Assembly (NCBI GenBank): GCA_000388065.2
Contig: KB932208.1
Length of the DNA stretch: 34,048 bases
From: Fonticula alba ATCC 38817
Lineage: Eukaryota; Protista; Nucleariida
Strand: one strand, 5' to 3'
Below the pieces are notes generated by a model, which was given only the letters and a program-made list of their open reading frames with translations, was not told the origin of the DNA and did no database searches. The first letter of the stretch is position 1, and every line of letters begins with the position of its first letter. The translations under genes were made by a program, and so were the position numbers. Below are positions 1 through 10,905 of the stretch, piece by piece.

Positions 1-3000
1 GCGTGCGTGGCCTGCTCGGCCAACTGCACGGCCTGCACCTCGACCAGCTCCTGCTCCGCCTGCCTGCCGGATCACTACGTGCATCTGGGCGCCTGTGTGT
101 CCTCCTGCCCGAGCGGCTTCTTTGTGTCCGGCGGGAGTTGCAAGGCCTGCTCGGCCAACTGCACGGCCTGCTCCTCGGCCACGGCCTGCACCACCTGCGC
201 CTCGGGCTACCTGAAGCACAATGATGCCTGCGTGTCGGCCTGCCCGGTGGGCTACTTCGCGGATGGGCCAGCCTGCTCGGCCTGCTCGGCCAACTGCAAT
301 GAGTGCACCTCGCCGAGCGTGTGTACCAATTGCAAGAGCAACTTCTTCCGGCACAACAACGCCTGTGTGTCCTCCTGCCCGAGCGGCTTCTTCGGCAGCG
401 GCAGTGTGTGCTCCTCGTGCTCCGGCAACTGCGACACCTGCACCTCCGGCAGCCACTGCACCACCTGCGCCGCGGGCTACCTGATGCACAACAGCGCCTG
501 TGTGGCCTCCTGCCCGGGGGGCTTCTTCAAGGATGGGGCCATCTGCTCGGCCTGCTCCAGTGGCTGCGGGTCCTGCACCTCGGCCAGCTCCTGTGGCGTT
601 TGCTTGCCGGGTTTCTTCCTGCACCATGGCGCCTGCGTGGGCTCCTGCCCGACGGGCTCCTTTGTGGAGGGCTCCCAGTGCACGGACTGCTCGGCCAACT
701 GCGCTGTCTGCACTTCGCCGACCTCCTGCACCACCTGCTCGGCCGGGAACTACCTGCACAACGGGGCTTGCGTGGCCACGTGCCCGTCGGGGTTCTTCTC
801 CGGCAGCGGCCGGTGCACGGCCTGCTCCAGCCATTGCACGGCCTGCTCCTCGGCCAGCAACTGCACTGCCTGCGCCGCGCCCCACTACCTGCACAATAGG
901 GCCTGCGTGGACAGCTGCCCGGCCGGGTTCTTCCCGGATGGGGCCCGGTGTGCCGGCTGCCCGGACACCTGTGCCTCCTGCACTTCCACCTCCAGCTGTG
1001 TTTCCTGCCTGCCGGGCTTCTCCCTGTTCGAGGGCCGATGCTTGTCCGCCTGCCCGGAGGGCTACTTCGACACCGGGGCCGAGGAGGGCGCCTGCGAGCC
1101 GTGTCTGCTGGGCTGCCGCGAGTGCAAGGCCGTCGACCGGTGTGGCCGGTGCCGGCTGGATCTCCTGGTGCTGGAGGGCGGTCCGGATGAGCCGGACCGG
1201 TGTGTGGCCAACTGCCCGGTGGGGCTGGCGGCCCAGGGCGACCGGTGCGTCGGCTGCGGCCCGGACTGCGCCGCCTGCTCCACTCCCGAGCAGTGTGACA
1301 CCTGCCATGGGGGCTTCCTCCTGCATGGAGATGCCTGTGTGGCATCGTGCCCGGGCGGGTTCTTCGCTTCCAATGGAGCATGCCTGGCCTGCTCGGACAA
1401 TTGCGACGCCTGCACCTCGGCCAGCAACTGCACGACCTGCCTGGGCGGGTACCTTCGCCATGCGGGGGCCTGTGTGGCCGCCTGCCCGGCGGGGTTCTTC
1501 CCTTCCGCCGGGGCATGCCAGAGCTGCTCGGCCCATTGCACCGCCTGCGCCTCGGTGGCCACCTGCACGGTGTGTGCCCCGGGCCATTACCTGCACCAGG
1601 GGGCCTGTGTGGCCGCCTGCCCGGCGGGGTTCTTCCCCTCCGGCGGGGCCTGTGCCGCCTGCTCGGCCCATTGCGACACCTGCGCCTCGGACACCCACTG
1701 CACCGTCTGTGCCCCGGGGTACCTGATGCATGGTGGTGCCTGTGTGGGCTCCTGCCCGACGGGCTTCTTTGCCGATGGCCCCACCTGCGCGGCGTGCTCG
1801 GCCGACTGCGCCAAGTGCACCTCGGCCAGTGTCTGCACCGCTTGCGATGTCGGGTCGCTCCTGCACAGGGGGGCCTGTGTGGGCGCCTGTCCGGGGGAGT
1901 TTTTCCCGCTGCAGGATACCTGCCAGGCTTGCCCGGAGCATTGTGACACGTGTGCCTCGGCCGATGCCTGTGACACCTGCCTGGTGCCGTACCTGCTGCA
2001 TGAGGGGGCCTGCCTGAGCAGTTGCCCGGTTGGCACGTTTGCCGACCCCACGGGCGTGTGTGCCGGCTGCCCGGCCGGGTGTGACGTTTGCACGGCCGGC
2101 GACCGGTGCGACCGCTGTGCCGGGGCCCTGGCCCTGCTGGAGGGGCGCGAGTGCGTCGGGTCCTGCCCGGTGGGTTACTTCCGCCAGGAGGGCACCATCC
2201 ACACGTGTGAGCCCTGCCATCCGCTGTGCGCCGCTTGCTTCGGGCCCGGGGCCTATGACTGCACGGCCTGCCCGCAGCCGTTGGTCATTCGCCAGCCCAT
2301 CCCGCCGGTGGTGCCGGCCCTGACCGAGGGCCCGTGCGTGCCGGATTGCCTGAACGACCCGTCGCAGTGCGCCGAGTGCGAGGACAATTGCGACCTCTGC
2401 CGGGCCCTGCCCAATGATGATACCTACTGTTTGGCCTGCAGCGAGCCGGGGCTGGCGCTGGATGGTAAGTGTGTGGAAAGTTGCCCGGCCGGCCATGCGC
2501 CGATGGTGGCGGCTGGCTATTGTGCCCGCTGCTCCGGGGCATGTGGCGATGCGTGCACCGGCTCCGGCAGCAACCAGTGCCTCAACTGCCCGCCGGGGAA
2601 GCTCCTCCAGGGGGGCGAGTGCCGTGACGCCTGCGCGGCCACCGGCTGGTTCCAGTCTTCGCCGAGCACCTGCACCCGGTGCGACAGCACCTGCCTGCAG
2701 TGTGTCGGCACCGGGCCCACCGACTGTGTCACCTGCCCCCGGGGGTCCTTCCGTTTGTCCCCGTCCGAGGGTCTCGGCAGCCGGTGTGTGCCCACCTGCC
2801 CGGATGGCCAGTTCCCGGACCATGGGCAGGCCGCCTGCCAGGCGTGCTCGGCCGAATGTGCCACCTGCTCCGGCCCGGACACCTGCCTGACTTGCCGGCC
2901 GGGCGAGTGGCTGCTGCCGGACGGCGCCGGCTGTGTGGCCGCGTGCCCGGTCGGCATGGTGCCCCTGGAAAAGGGGGCCTCTCGCCAGTGTCTGGCCTGC

Positions 3001-4284
3001 TCGGCCGGGTGCGTCGACTGCCGCCTGGACCCGCAGGAAGCCGCCCGCTGTGCCCAGTGCGAGGATGGCCTTCTGCTGCAGGTGTCGGGACAGTGCGCGG
3101 CCGGCTGTCCGGCCAGGCAATTCGATGAGGCTGGCGCCTGCCGGGCATGCGATGTGCAGTGTGCCCAGTGCCAGGGTGCCAGCAGCCACTGCACCGGGTG
3201 CGCCCAGCCGACCCCCCTGCTGCGCCCGGATGCCGGCCAGTGTGTGAGCAGCTGCCCTTCGGGCGAGGTCCAGGCCCCGGGCGATGGTGGCACTTGCCTG
3301 CCCTGTGACCCGGGGTGTGCCGAGTGCAGCGCCCCGGGGGATCCCCAGGCATGCACCGCCTGCCCATCGGCCTGGCATCTGCTCCGGGGCGCCTGTGTCG
3401 AGGCCTGCCCCGAGGCGCACTTCTCGGATGTCGGCACTTGCCGGGCCTGCCATGAGGATTGCCTTGCGTGCACGGGCCCCAGCTCGAAGGAGTGCCTGGC
3501 TTGCCGGGCGCCCGGGCTGCTGGTGCTGAATGGAGCGTGTGTTGACCGGTGCCCGGAGGATGGGTTCTGGCTCGACACCGAGGCCGCCACCTGCCGGGCG
3601 TGCGTCAGCGGATGCACCGTCTGCGAGCAGGGAGCCTGCTCGGCGTGCCAGGCGGACCTGGTGCTGCTCGAGGACCGGGTGCCCTCCTGCCTGTCGACCT
3701 GTCCGCCGGGGATGTTTGCCGACCGGGCTGGGGACCACAGCCGGGCTTCCTCCCGGTGTGTGGCCTGTGCCGAGGACTGTCACACGTGCTCCGGGCCGGA
3801 GCCCGGTCAGTGCGAGCTGTCCTGGTGCCAGGCCGAGGGGACGTGCTCGCGTTCGGGTGCGCCTTTTTCTTTTGATCTCCCTGCATATGTCGCATTTTTC
3901 CCGCCGCCTCGCTCGCCCCTTTCTCTCTCTCTCTCTCTCTCTCGCTCGCTCGCTGAGGGCGGCTCGTGCCTTGTCTCTGACTCCCGGGAATCCCCTCCGC
4001 CGGGGGAACTTGCCTTCAGCTCGCTCGGTGGTCCTGGGCGTGGCGGTCGGCGTGTCGGTGGGGCTGCTGCTGCTGTTGATCATCCTGATCGTGGTGTTTG
4101 CGGTCTGCCGTCGGCGCTACGCGACTGGCCTGGTGAAGGCCGCCGTCGAGGATGTGCGTCTTCCTCTTTGCAAGGGGGCCGGCCTCCCCCGGCCCCGCGT
4201 GTCGGCCATTCCCGGGCTCCTCGTTTTTTTTTGTCCGCCGGTGCCCTGGCAACTGACCTTTTCTCTGCCTTCTCTCTCAAACAC

Positions 4285-4330
<46 letters not shown>

Positions 4331-6282
4331 CAGGACGCCGACCGGACGGTCATGAACACCATGCTCGGTACGCCCTCCCCTCCCCGGGTCTCCTTGTGCC
4401 TGTCCTCCGGTGCTGCTGTGCTCTGGCATCATGTGCCCGGTGGGGCGAATGCCGCGGGCGCAAGGGCGCCGGGTTGGTGCATGGTGCTCTCCTGTCCTTT
4501 TTGCCGCCACCCGTGTCTAATTTCCGCCCCCTTCCATTTTGGCGCACACCGTGTGGCAGATCTCTCGATGCCGGGGTTCATGTTGTGCTCCTTCCATGAG
4601 GACATCCGCCTGGATGAGGCCAGTGGGGACATCGGCTCCGGCACGCAGGCGGCCATTGTTTCCGCCACCGCGCTCAAGCCGTCGCTGGTGAAGTTGGCTG
4701 GCAGCTCGCCGATTGTGGTCAAGTGTCTGCACAGTGCGTGTCGCCGGGGCGGGGGCCTCTTGCCCTCTCTTTCCTCTTCCTCTCTTCCTCTCTCCCTTTC
4801 TCTCGCACGCGCGTTCGTGTTGTCTCCGCTGAAAAGCTAACATGTGCCACCTGCCGGATCAGACGCCGACAAGCCTGACTTGCTCCCATCGGACCCGCTG
4901 TTGGCCATGTTCCGGAATGAGCTGTCGATCATTTGGTGCGTTCCCTTTTTCCCGGCCGCACGCCGGAGCAGGGGTGATTTTTTTTTTTTTTGATGTTGGG
5001 CCCCATGCTGCTGGAGAGCCGGCTTCTCTGACATCGCGCCATGTTGGCCCGGCAATGTCCCCCCCCCCCCCCCCGTGCAGGGCCCTGCAAGCTTCGCCGA
5101 ATGTGGTTCGCCTGCTTGGCTACTGCGAATCGCCCGCGGCGATGATCCTGACCCGCGAGCCAACCGACCTGCATCGGCTCCTGAACCGCGAGGAGCCCAT
5201 CTCCATGGAGGACTCGCGTGCGCTTCTGCATGGGCTGTGTACGTGCCTCGAGGGGCCTTCCCACCTTGAGCATCGCTCTGTCCTCGGCTCTCCCCCCCCC
5301 CCCCCTCCCTCGCTNNNNNNNNNNNNNNNNNNNNNNNNNNNNNNNNNNNNNNNNNNNNNNNNNNNNNNNNNNNNNNNNNNNNNNNNNNNNNNNNNNNNNN
5401 NNNNNNNNNNNNNNNNNNNNNNNNNNNNNNNNNNNNNNNNNNNNNNNNNNNNNNNNNNNNNNNNNNNNNNNNNNNNNNNNNNNNNNNNNNNNNNNNNNNN
5501 NNNNNNNNNNNNNNNNNNNNNNNNNNNNNNNNNNNNNNNNNNNNNNNNNNNNNNNNNNNNNNNNNNNNNNNNNNNNNNNNNNNNNNNNNNNNNNNNNNNN
5601 NNNNNNNNNNNNNNNNNNNNNNNNNNNNNNNNNGGCCGGGCGCCTCTTGCTTTCTTGCCCTTCTCCGGTTGATTTCCCTTCCCTTCCTTCCGCCACCTCG
5701 ATTTGCGGTCCTCCTCACCTGCCATTCGGCCGCGGTTGTTTGGCACATCCATTGACGCTGTCCTTCCCGCCGTGGCAGATCCTGCGGACCTTCGGCCAGC
5801 CGTCCGTCGCCCTGCTGGCCATTGACCACATGGCGGCCGACGTCTATTCCCTGGGCTCGGTCGTGTGGCATGTGCTGACGCATGAGCGCCCGTGGACCGG
5901 TATGTTTTGAATGCTGCCTCCGACTGCCTGCTTGCCGTGACCCGCCGATGTGCCGTGTGTTCCCCTCCCCCCCCCCCTGGGGGGGCCGAGCCGTGAGCTG
6001 ACTGTGTCTGTCCCTTTCCCGTGTGTGCTGCTCTCCCCCCCCCCCCCCTCTCGCCCGTGTCCTGGGCCGGTCGGTCGGACTTCAGGCCTCAGCCAGGACT
6101 CCGTGGTGGCCAGTGTGGTTGGTGGCCAGCTGCCCAGCTCGCACGGCTCCCCGCCGGTGGCTGACACCGGTGACGCCCTGGTGGCTTGGGCCTTGGCCAC
6201 TCTTCCCGGCATGTGGCACCTGGAGCCGATGCGGCGCCCGAAACTGGCCAGCCTCGCGGCCGAATGCCAGGCGCAAGCATGA
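1..6282 (+). CDS. Receptor-like Ser/Thr (TKL-like) kinase with long furin-like Cys-rich ectodomain, 5'-truncated. Exons <1-3856, 4020-4153 (TM), 4334-4367, 4560-4733, 4863-4935, 5081-5238, [gap 5315-5633], 5779-5899, 6086-6282
   Basis: About 1280 aa of CxxCxxxCxxC...C...C repeats in frame +1. GT..AG junctions keep the frame into TM helix RSVVLGVAVGVSVGLLLLLIILIVVFAVCRRR, then kinase motifs IGSGTQAAI, IVVK, RNELSIIW, NVVRLLGYCESP and AADVYSLGSVVWHVLTHERPW; stop TGA at 6280-6282. The catalytic loop and DFG region are presumably in the gap. Confidence 0.88.
3921..3944 (+). repeat. (CT)n microsatellite in intron
   Basis: Direct reading. Confidence 0.85.
4280..4324 (+). repeat. (CA)n microsatellite in intron
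   Basis: Direct reading. Confidence 0.9.
5315..5633. other. Assembly gap (N run)
   Basis: N bases; likely hides kinase subdomains VI-VIII of gene 1. Confidence 1.
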
Positions 6283-7059
6283 GTCAGCCGCCGGCTGGGT
6301 TTGGCCCTCCGAGTGTGGGGGACATTGTGGGCCTCCCTCTCCTGTGCGCTTCCCCCGGGCTCGGTGGAAGCCCGAGGTGCGGGGTCCGGGATTCCGGCGA
6401 CTTTCCTGGGTGCCCGGTGTGGCTTTTTTTTTTCCTGCCAGCTCCCCGCGCTCTGTCGCCCGCCGACGGTCTGCCGGGATCTGGTAAGATTCTGAGTACG
6501 CCCTGGGATCTGCTATTCCAACACCCGAAAATGTCATTATCCCATCCTAAGCCTGTTGTTCGGCTTCTGGCCCTGTTTCTGCCCCTGCGGCTGCGTGTGG
6601 GTGCGTGGGTGGCGCCGGTTGCCGCGCCGATCCGCAAAGCCCCGGCGAGTGTCTGCCACGGTGATTACCGCCATGGCGTGAGGCTCGCCCGGGCCGGGGC
6701 GCTTTTGGCTCGGTGTCCGCCCATGCCCCTTGTTGTGGGCCCCTCGATCTCTTGGCCCTAATATACACGCCCTATTCCCCGAGTGAGTGGCGGAGTTTGG
6801 TCAGATACTTTTACCAGGGTCACCCAGGCGGCATGTCCGAAGGACCGGGGCGAGGAGGGGGCCTTGGCGGGCCCGTGCGTGAAGGAGGAGGACCCGATTG
6901 GGGGATCACCGAGCGCCTGTGGGCCTGTGCACTGGTGTGGAGGGTTGCGGCCGGAGGGAGGCCGGGCCGGGTATGGGGGTGTGGGAGGATGCCGGTCCGA
7001 AACTGGGCACATCCTCAAGACAGATAAAATATAGGCCCGAGGGGAGTGCCTCAGTGTAT

Positions 7060-7141
7060 ATCACCGTGTCCGAGTGGTTAAGGAGTCCGATTAGAAATCG
7101 GATGGGCTCTGCCCGCGTAGGTTCAAATCCTGCCGGTGATG
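7060..7141 (+). tRNA. tRNA-Ser-AGA: tRNA-Ser(AGA)
   Basis: Acceptor ATCACCG/CGGTGAT, anticodon arm TCCGA-TTAGAAA-TCGGA, long variable arm GGGCTCTGCCC, GGTTCAAATCC T-loop, T-run about 10 nt downstream. Confidence 0.96.
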
Positions 7142-7404
7142 CATCTGCCTTCTTTTTGACTGGCAAGGGACCCTTGCGCCCCGCCGGGCGGGGGAAAGGC
7201 CTCGCTTTTGGTGTGCCGGGCGCGTGGTCGATGCTCCCGCGTTCCGGGCGGCGGATGTCTCTCCGTGGCCGCCCCTCTGTGTTTTGTCTCTTCGCCGATG
7301 GCGTTGTTGTGTATGCTTGTTTGGTTTTATGATGCGGACCTCTGGGAGGAGGAACGCGTGGGCAAGATTGATGAAACACCCGGGAGCAGGGATATCTATT
7401 CGCT

Positions 7405-7477
7405 TCCCATATAGTCTAGGTGGTTAGGATACGTGGCTCTCACCCACGAGACCCGGGTTCGAGTCCCGGTATGGGAA
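7405..7477 (+). tRNA. tRNA-Glu-CTC: tRNA-Glu(CTC)
   Basis: Acceptor TCCCATA/TATGGGA, anticodon arm CGTGG-CTCTCAC-CCACG, GGTTCGAGTCC, downstream TTTT. Confidence 0.96.
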
Positions 7478-7585
7478 TATCTTTTGGTCCCTTGGGTGCG
7501 GGCTCCCTTTTGTGTCTCCGCGACTTTTTTCGCGTCTTCCCGTTTCGGGAGCAGGCTTCGGGTGTGAGGGGCGAAAGTGGCAGGG

Positions 7586-7619
7586 CGGCGGCGGCGGCGG
7601 CGACGGCGGCGGCGGCGGC
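7586..7619 (+). repeat. (GGC)n trinucleotide repeat
   Basis: Direct reading. Confidence 0.8.
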
Positions 7620-7934
7620 AGCGAGAGGTGACCTGGAGGGGACCCGGGGGTAAGCCGCGTCGGCAGGGGGGGCCCGGTGCGCGTGTGGCGGCCATCGGAT
7701 GGCGTCGCAGAGGCCGTCCGGGCTCCGGAGGCGGGGCGGCGGACGCTGTGCATATATTTATAGTTATTTTCCCGGGAGCAGGTACCGGAAGCGCCGGGGG
7801 GACACTTCGCAGGAAGGGCAAGGTCGGAGCCTTGGGCACTTCCTTTGGGCGGGGGAGGGGGCCAACGGGCGGGGTCGTGTATCGGGAACCGCAGAGGGGA
7901 CATTTGGGAAAAGTGTGAGGCGCTTTCTCACGGA

Positions 7935-8004
7935 GGCCCCATAGCTCAGTTGGTTAGAGCGTCGTGCTAATAACGCGAAGGTCGTCAGTTCGATCCTGGC
8001 TGGG
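7935..8004 (+). tRNA. tRNA-Ile-AAT: tRNA-Ile(AAT), last few bases lost in gap
   Basis: GGCCCCATAGCTCAGTTGGTTAGAGC, anticodon arm TCGTG-CTAATAA-CGCGA, AGTTCGATCCT; runs into N gap. Confidence 0.93.
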
Positions 8005-8464
8005 NNNNNNNNNNNNNNNNNNNNNNNNNNNNNNNNNNNNNNNNNNNNNNNNNNNNNNNNNNNNNNNNNNNNNNNNNNNNNNNNNNNNNNNNNNNNNNNN
8101 NNNNNNNNNNNNNNNNNNNNNNNNNNNNNNNNNNNNNNNNNNNNNNNNNNNNNNNNNNNNNNNNNNNNNNNNNNNNNNNNNNNNNNNNNNNNNNNNNNNN
8201 NNNNNNNNNNNNNNNNNNNNNNNNNNNNNNNNNNNNNNNNNNNNNNNNNNNNNNNNNNNNNNNNNNNNNNNNNNNNNNNNNNNNNNNNNNNNNNNNNNNN
8301 NNNNNNNNNNNNNNNNNNNNNNNNNNNNNNNNNNNNNNNNNNNNNNNNNNNNNNNNNNNNNNNNNNNNNNNNNNNNNNNNNNNNNNNNNNNNNNNNNNNN
8401 NNNNNNNNNNNNNNNNNNNNNNNNNNNNNNNNNNNNNNNNNNNNNNNNNNNNNNNNNNNNNNNN
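8005..8464. other. Assembly gap (N run)
   Basis: N bases. Confidence 1.
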
Positions 8465-9007
8465 GAGAGAGAGAGAGAAGGGCACGAAAAGGGGCAAAGT
8501 AGCAGGCAGGGGGGATGCTCGCTCTGTGCGTGTACGGGGCGGGGCGCGATGCGGACGACAGGAGGCGGGCGCGGACACCGGAGCGCTCGCGACAAGGTGG
8601 GATCGCGCGGTTGGCCACATGTGGGACGTCGGCCGGGGCATGCCCCGGCCTGCTCGGCGCCCCTCGGGTTTACGCGGCCACACGACCACGCGTTCGTGTC
8701 CGAGGGTTGGTGTGGCCCATGGGCGAGCGGCTCTCGCCTGGCGAATGCCCCGGGGGTGCAGCGGAGGGCGGCCCGGGCACCGATTCCCCGAAGGCCCGGC
8801 GGCCGGGAGGGGATCCCTCCCCGTGCCGCAAGTATGACGGTGATCGGGGGGGCGGCCGCGCCAAGATCAGGTCCTCGCTTGTGTGGCGCATGGCCCGGGA
8901 TCGGGCCCGGGCTTGGCATCCTGGCGCGCCTTCAGGGGAGGGTGCTCACCGAGCCCGGCGAGGGCACCCGGCCGACACGGCAGGATACGTGGTCGCCGCT
9001 CGGGAGC

Positions 9008-9268
9008 GGGCACACCCAAGAGCCGATGCCGTTCGCCGGTGCTTGCCGACACCTGGGCCCGCCGGGGGGGGGGGGGGGGGGGGCGCTGGTCCTGTTGGGC
9101 CGCGTGTTCCCCTTTGAATGCAAAATCCCTGCAAGGGGTGGGCGGGGGCGGGGGGGGGGGTGGGGGGGGGGGGGGGGGGCGGGCACACCCAAGAGCCGAT
9201 GCCGTTCGCCGGTGCTTGCCGACACCTGGGCCCGCCTGGGGGGGGGGGGGGAGGGCGCTGGTCCTGTT
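9008..9268 (+). repeat. Two direct copies of a ~90-bp unit (period 173 bp) containing poly-G
   Basis: gggcacacccaagagccgatgccgttcgccggtgcttgccgacacctgggcccgcc + G-run + gggcgctggtcctgtt at 9008-9096 and 9181-9268. Confidence 0.9.
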
Positions 9269-9483
9269 CGGCCGGCTGTCTCCCATTGATAGCCAACTCC
9301 CTCGAAGATGTCGCTGGGGCTGAGGGTGTGGACCGGTGTGCGGTGTGGCCTTGTGCCTGACCTCGGAGCCGGTTCGAGCGTGCGAAGGGGTCCCCGCTGC
9401 TCCTGCCGGAGGGTGGGCCGGCACCGTCGACGAGAAGACCCGGCATTTTTCTTCTTGGCGCTCGGCTAGCCTCCCAGCGAGCA

Positions 9484-9555
9484 TCCCGATTAGTATAGTG
9501 GTGAGAATCCCCGCCTGTCACGCGGGAGGCCCGGGTTCAATTCCCGGATCGGGAG
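9484..9555 (+). tRNA. tRNA-Asp-GTC: tRNA-Asp(GTC), copy 1
   Basis: Acceptor TCCCGAT/ATCGGGA, anticodon arm CCCGC-CTGTCAC-GCGGG, GGTTCAATTCC, TTTTT terminator. Confidence 0.97.
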
Positions 9556-10569
9556 ATCCTTTTTGACCCGATCATATCGGCGAAGTGGGCCGCCCGATGC
9601 GGCGCGAGCCTTTTTCTTGCGCCCCCTTTGCCGCGCTCCCCCCCGTGCGCACTGGCACCCCCCCGCCCGATGGCGAGACGCATGCCGTCGCAGATCCCGG
9701 GCAATCGGCACCCCGGCGCAGCGCCATCCCCGAGGACCGAGCATGCCGGCCTCGGGGGGCAGGCGCCCCGAGGATCCCCCCCCCCCCCCCCCCGGTGCGC
9801 CGGCCGAGGAGGGTCGCGCGCCGCGTGTTTCCCCCCTCCCAGAGGGGCTGGGTAAGGTGCCTTGCACCGGGGACACGGGGTGGGGGTCCTCAGACTCGAA
9901 GAGTACGCTGCTCCGCCGGGCTCCGGTGCTCCGGGCCCCGGGTGTCGGTCCCTGCTCCCCACACAGCACTGGCCGAACAGGGGGGCCGAGGTTTTTAAGC
10001 TTCCATGAATGTGGCCGGCTCGAGGCTCTTGGCAGCCCTGTTCGAAGGTGTATCACCTCCCCAAGCGCTCGATGGGACACCTGCCGCCCTGCTCCGCCCC
10101 CTTCCCGCCATATTGGAAGCAAGCATATGCTGCGGGCTGGGTGTGGGCGGGTCTTTTGAACGACCGTCGCGGGCATGGGGGGGCGGTGCCCGGCTCGTGG
10201 CCCCCAGCCTCACTGGAGGAAAGGCGAAACAACACCCTCCAAGCCAATGGAGACCCACCGCTCGGCGGTGCTCAAGGTGTTGACTCTGTGCCGGACCCTG
10301 CGCCGGGTAGGGGGAGGGCGCCGAAAAGGCGAAGCCGGGCCAGTACCCGCGTGTGTGTGTGTGTGTGTGCGCCTCACGGCTGCGCGCCCCCTGTGTCCCT
10401 CCTTAGTGCCTCTTTTCTCCCCCGGTGGTGGAGATGGCAGCCACCGGCACGCAGACAGGCTGCTCTCCACAAGAACAAGACACGACCCCTCCCCTGCCCA
10501 GGCTCCGCTCTCTTTGGGAGAGGGGCACGCTCCCGGATCCCAGACCGCGGCCCGGGCAAAAGAGAAGGA

Positions 10570-10642
10570 AGCCCACTGTGGGGCTCGAACCCACGACCCT
10601 GGGATTAAGAGTCCCATGCTCTACCAACTGAGCTAAACAGGC
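10570..10642 (-). tRNA. tRNA-Lys-CTT: tRNA-Lys(CTT), copy 1
   Basis: Reverse complement GCCTGTTTAGCTCAGTTGGTAGAGCATGGGACTCTTAATCCCAGGGTCGTGGGTTCGAGCCCCACAGTGGGC; anticodon arm TGGGA-CTCTTAA-TCCCA. Confidence 0.96.
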
Positions 10643-10765
10643 ATGCAAGTGGGCAGCTGGGTTGCCATCAAGAAGCGTGGCGATTGGGTGCGTGCGCGCG
10701 CGCGCGGCATGCCAGTCTGTCTTGCTTGCGTCCTCCCGGCTCGGGGCGGGCGTTGGGCCGGCCAT

Positions 10766-10767
<2 letters not shown>

Positions 10768-10828
<61 letters not shown>

Positions 10829-10847
10829 CGTGTGTGTGTGTGTGTGT
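10768..10847 (+). repeat. (TG)n microsatellite just 3' of the minus-strand gene
   Basis: Direct reading. Confidence 0.92.
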
Positions 10848-10905
10848 ATTTGCCTGCGAGCTGCCCGAATGAGGGAGGGCAGGCAGAGGGGAGGCAGAGG
10901 GTCTG

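Noticed and set aside
6780-6860. Pol III A-box-like TGGCGGAGTTTGG and U5-loop-like CTTTTACCAG
   Set aside because: There is no proper B box or cloverleaf, and the invariant GCCTTTTAC of U5 loop I is not matched.
10570-10642. tRNA-Lys as a pseudogene (three consecutive G-U pairs in the acceptor stem, U73)
   Set aside because: There are two identical copies with intact A/B boxes and arms, and U73 is also seen in yeast tRNA-Lys(CUU).
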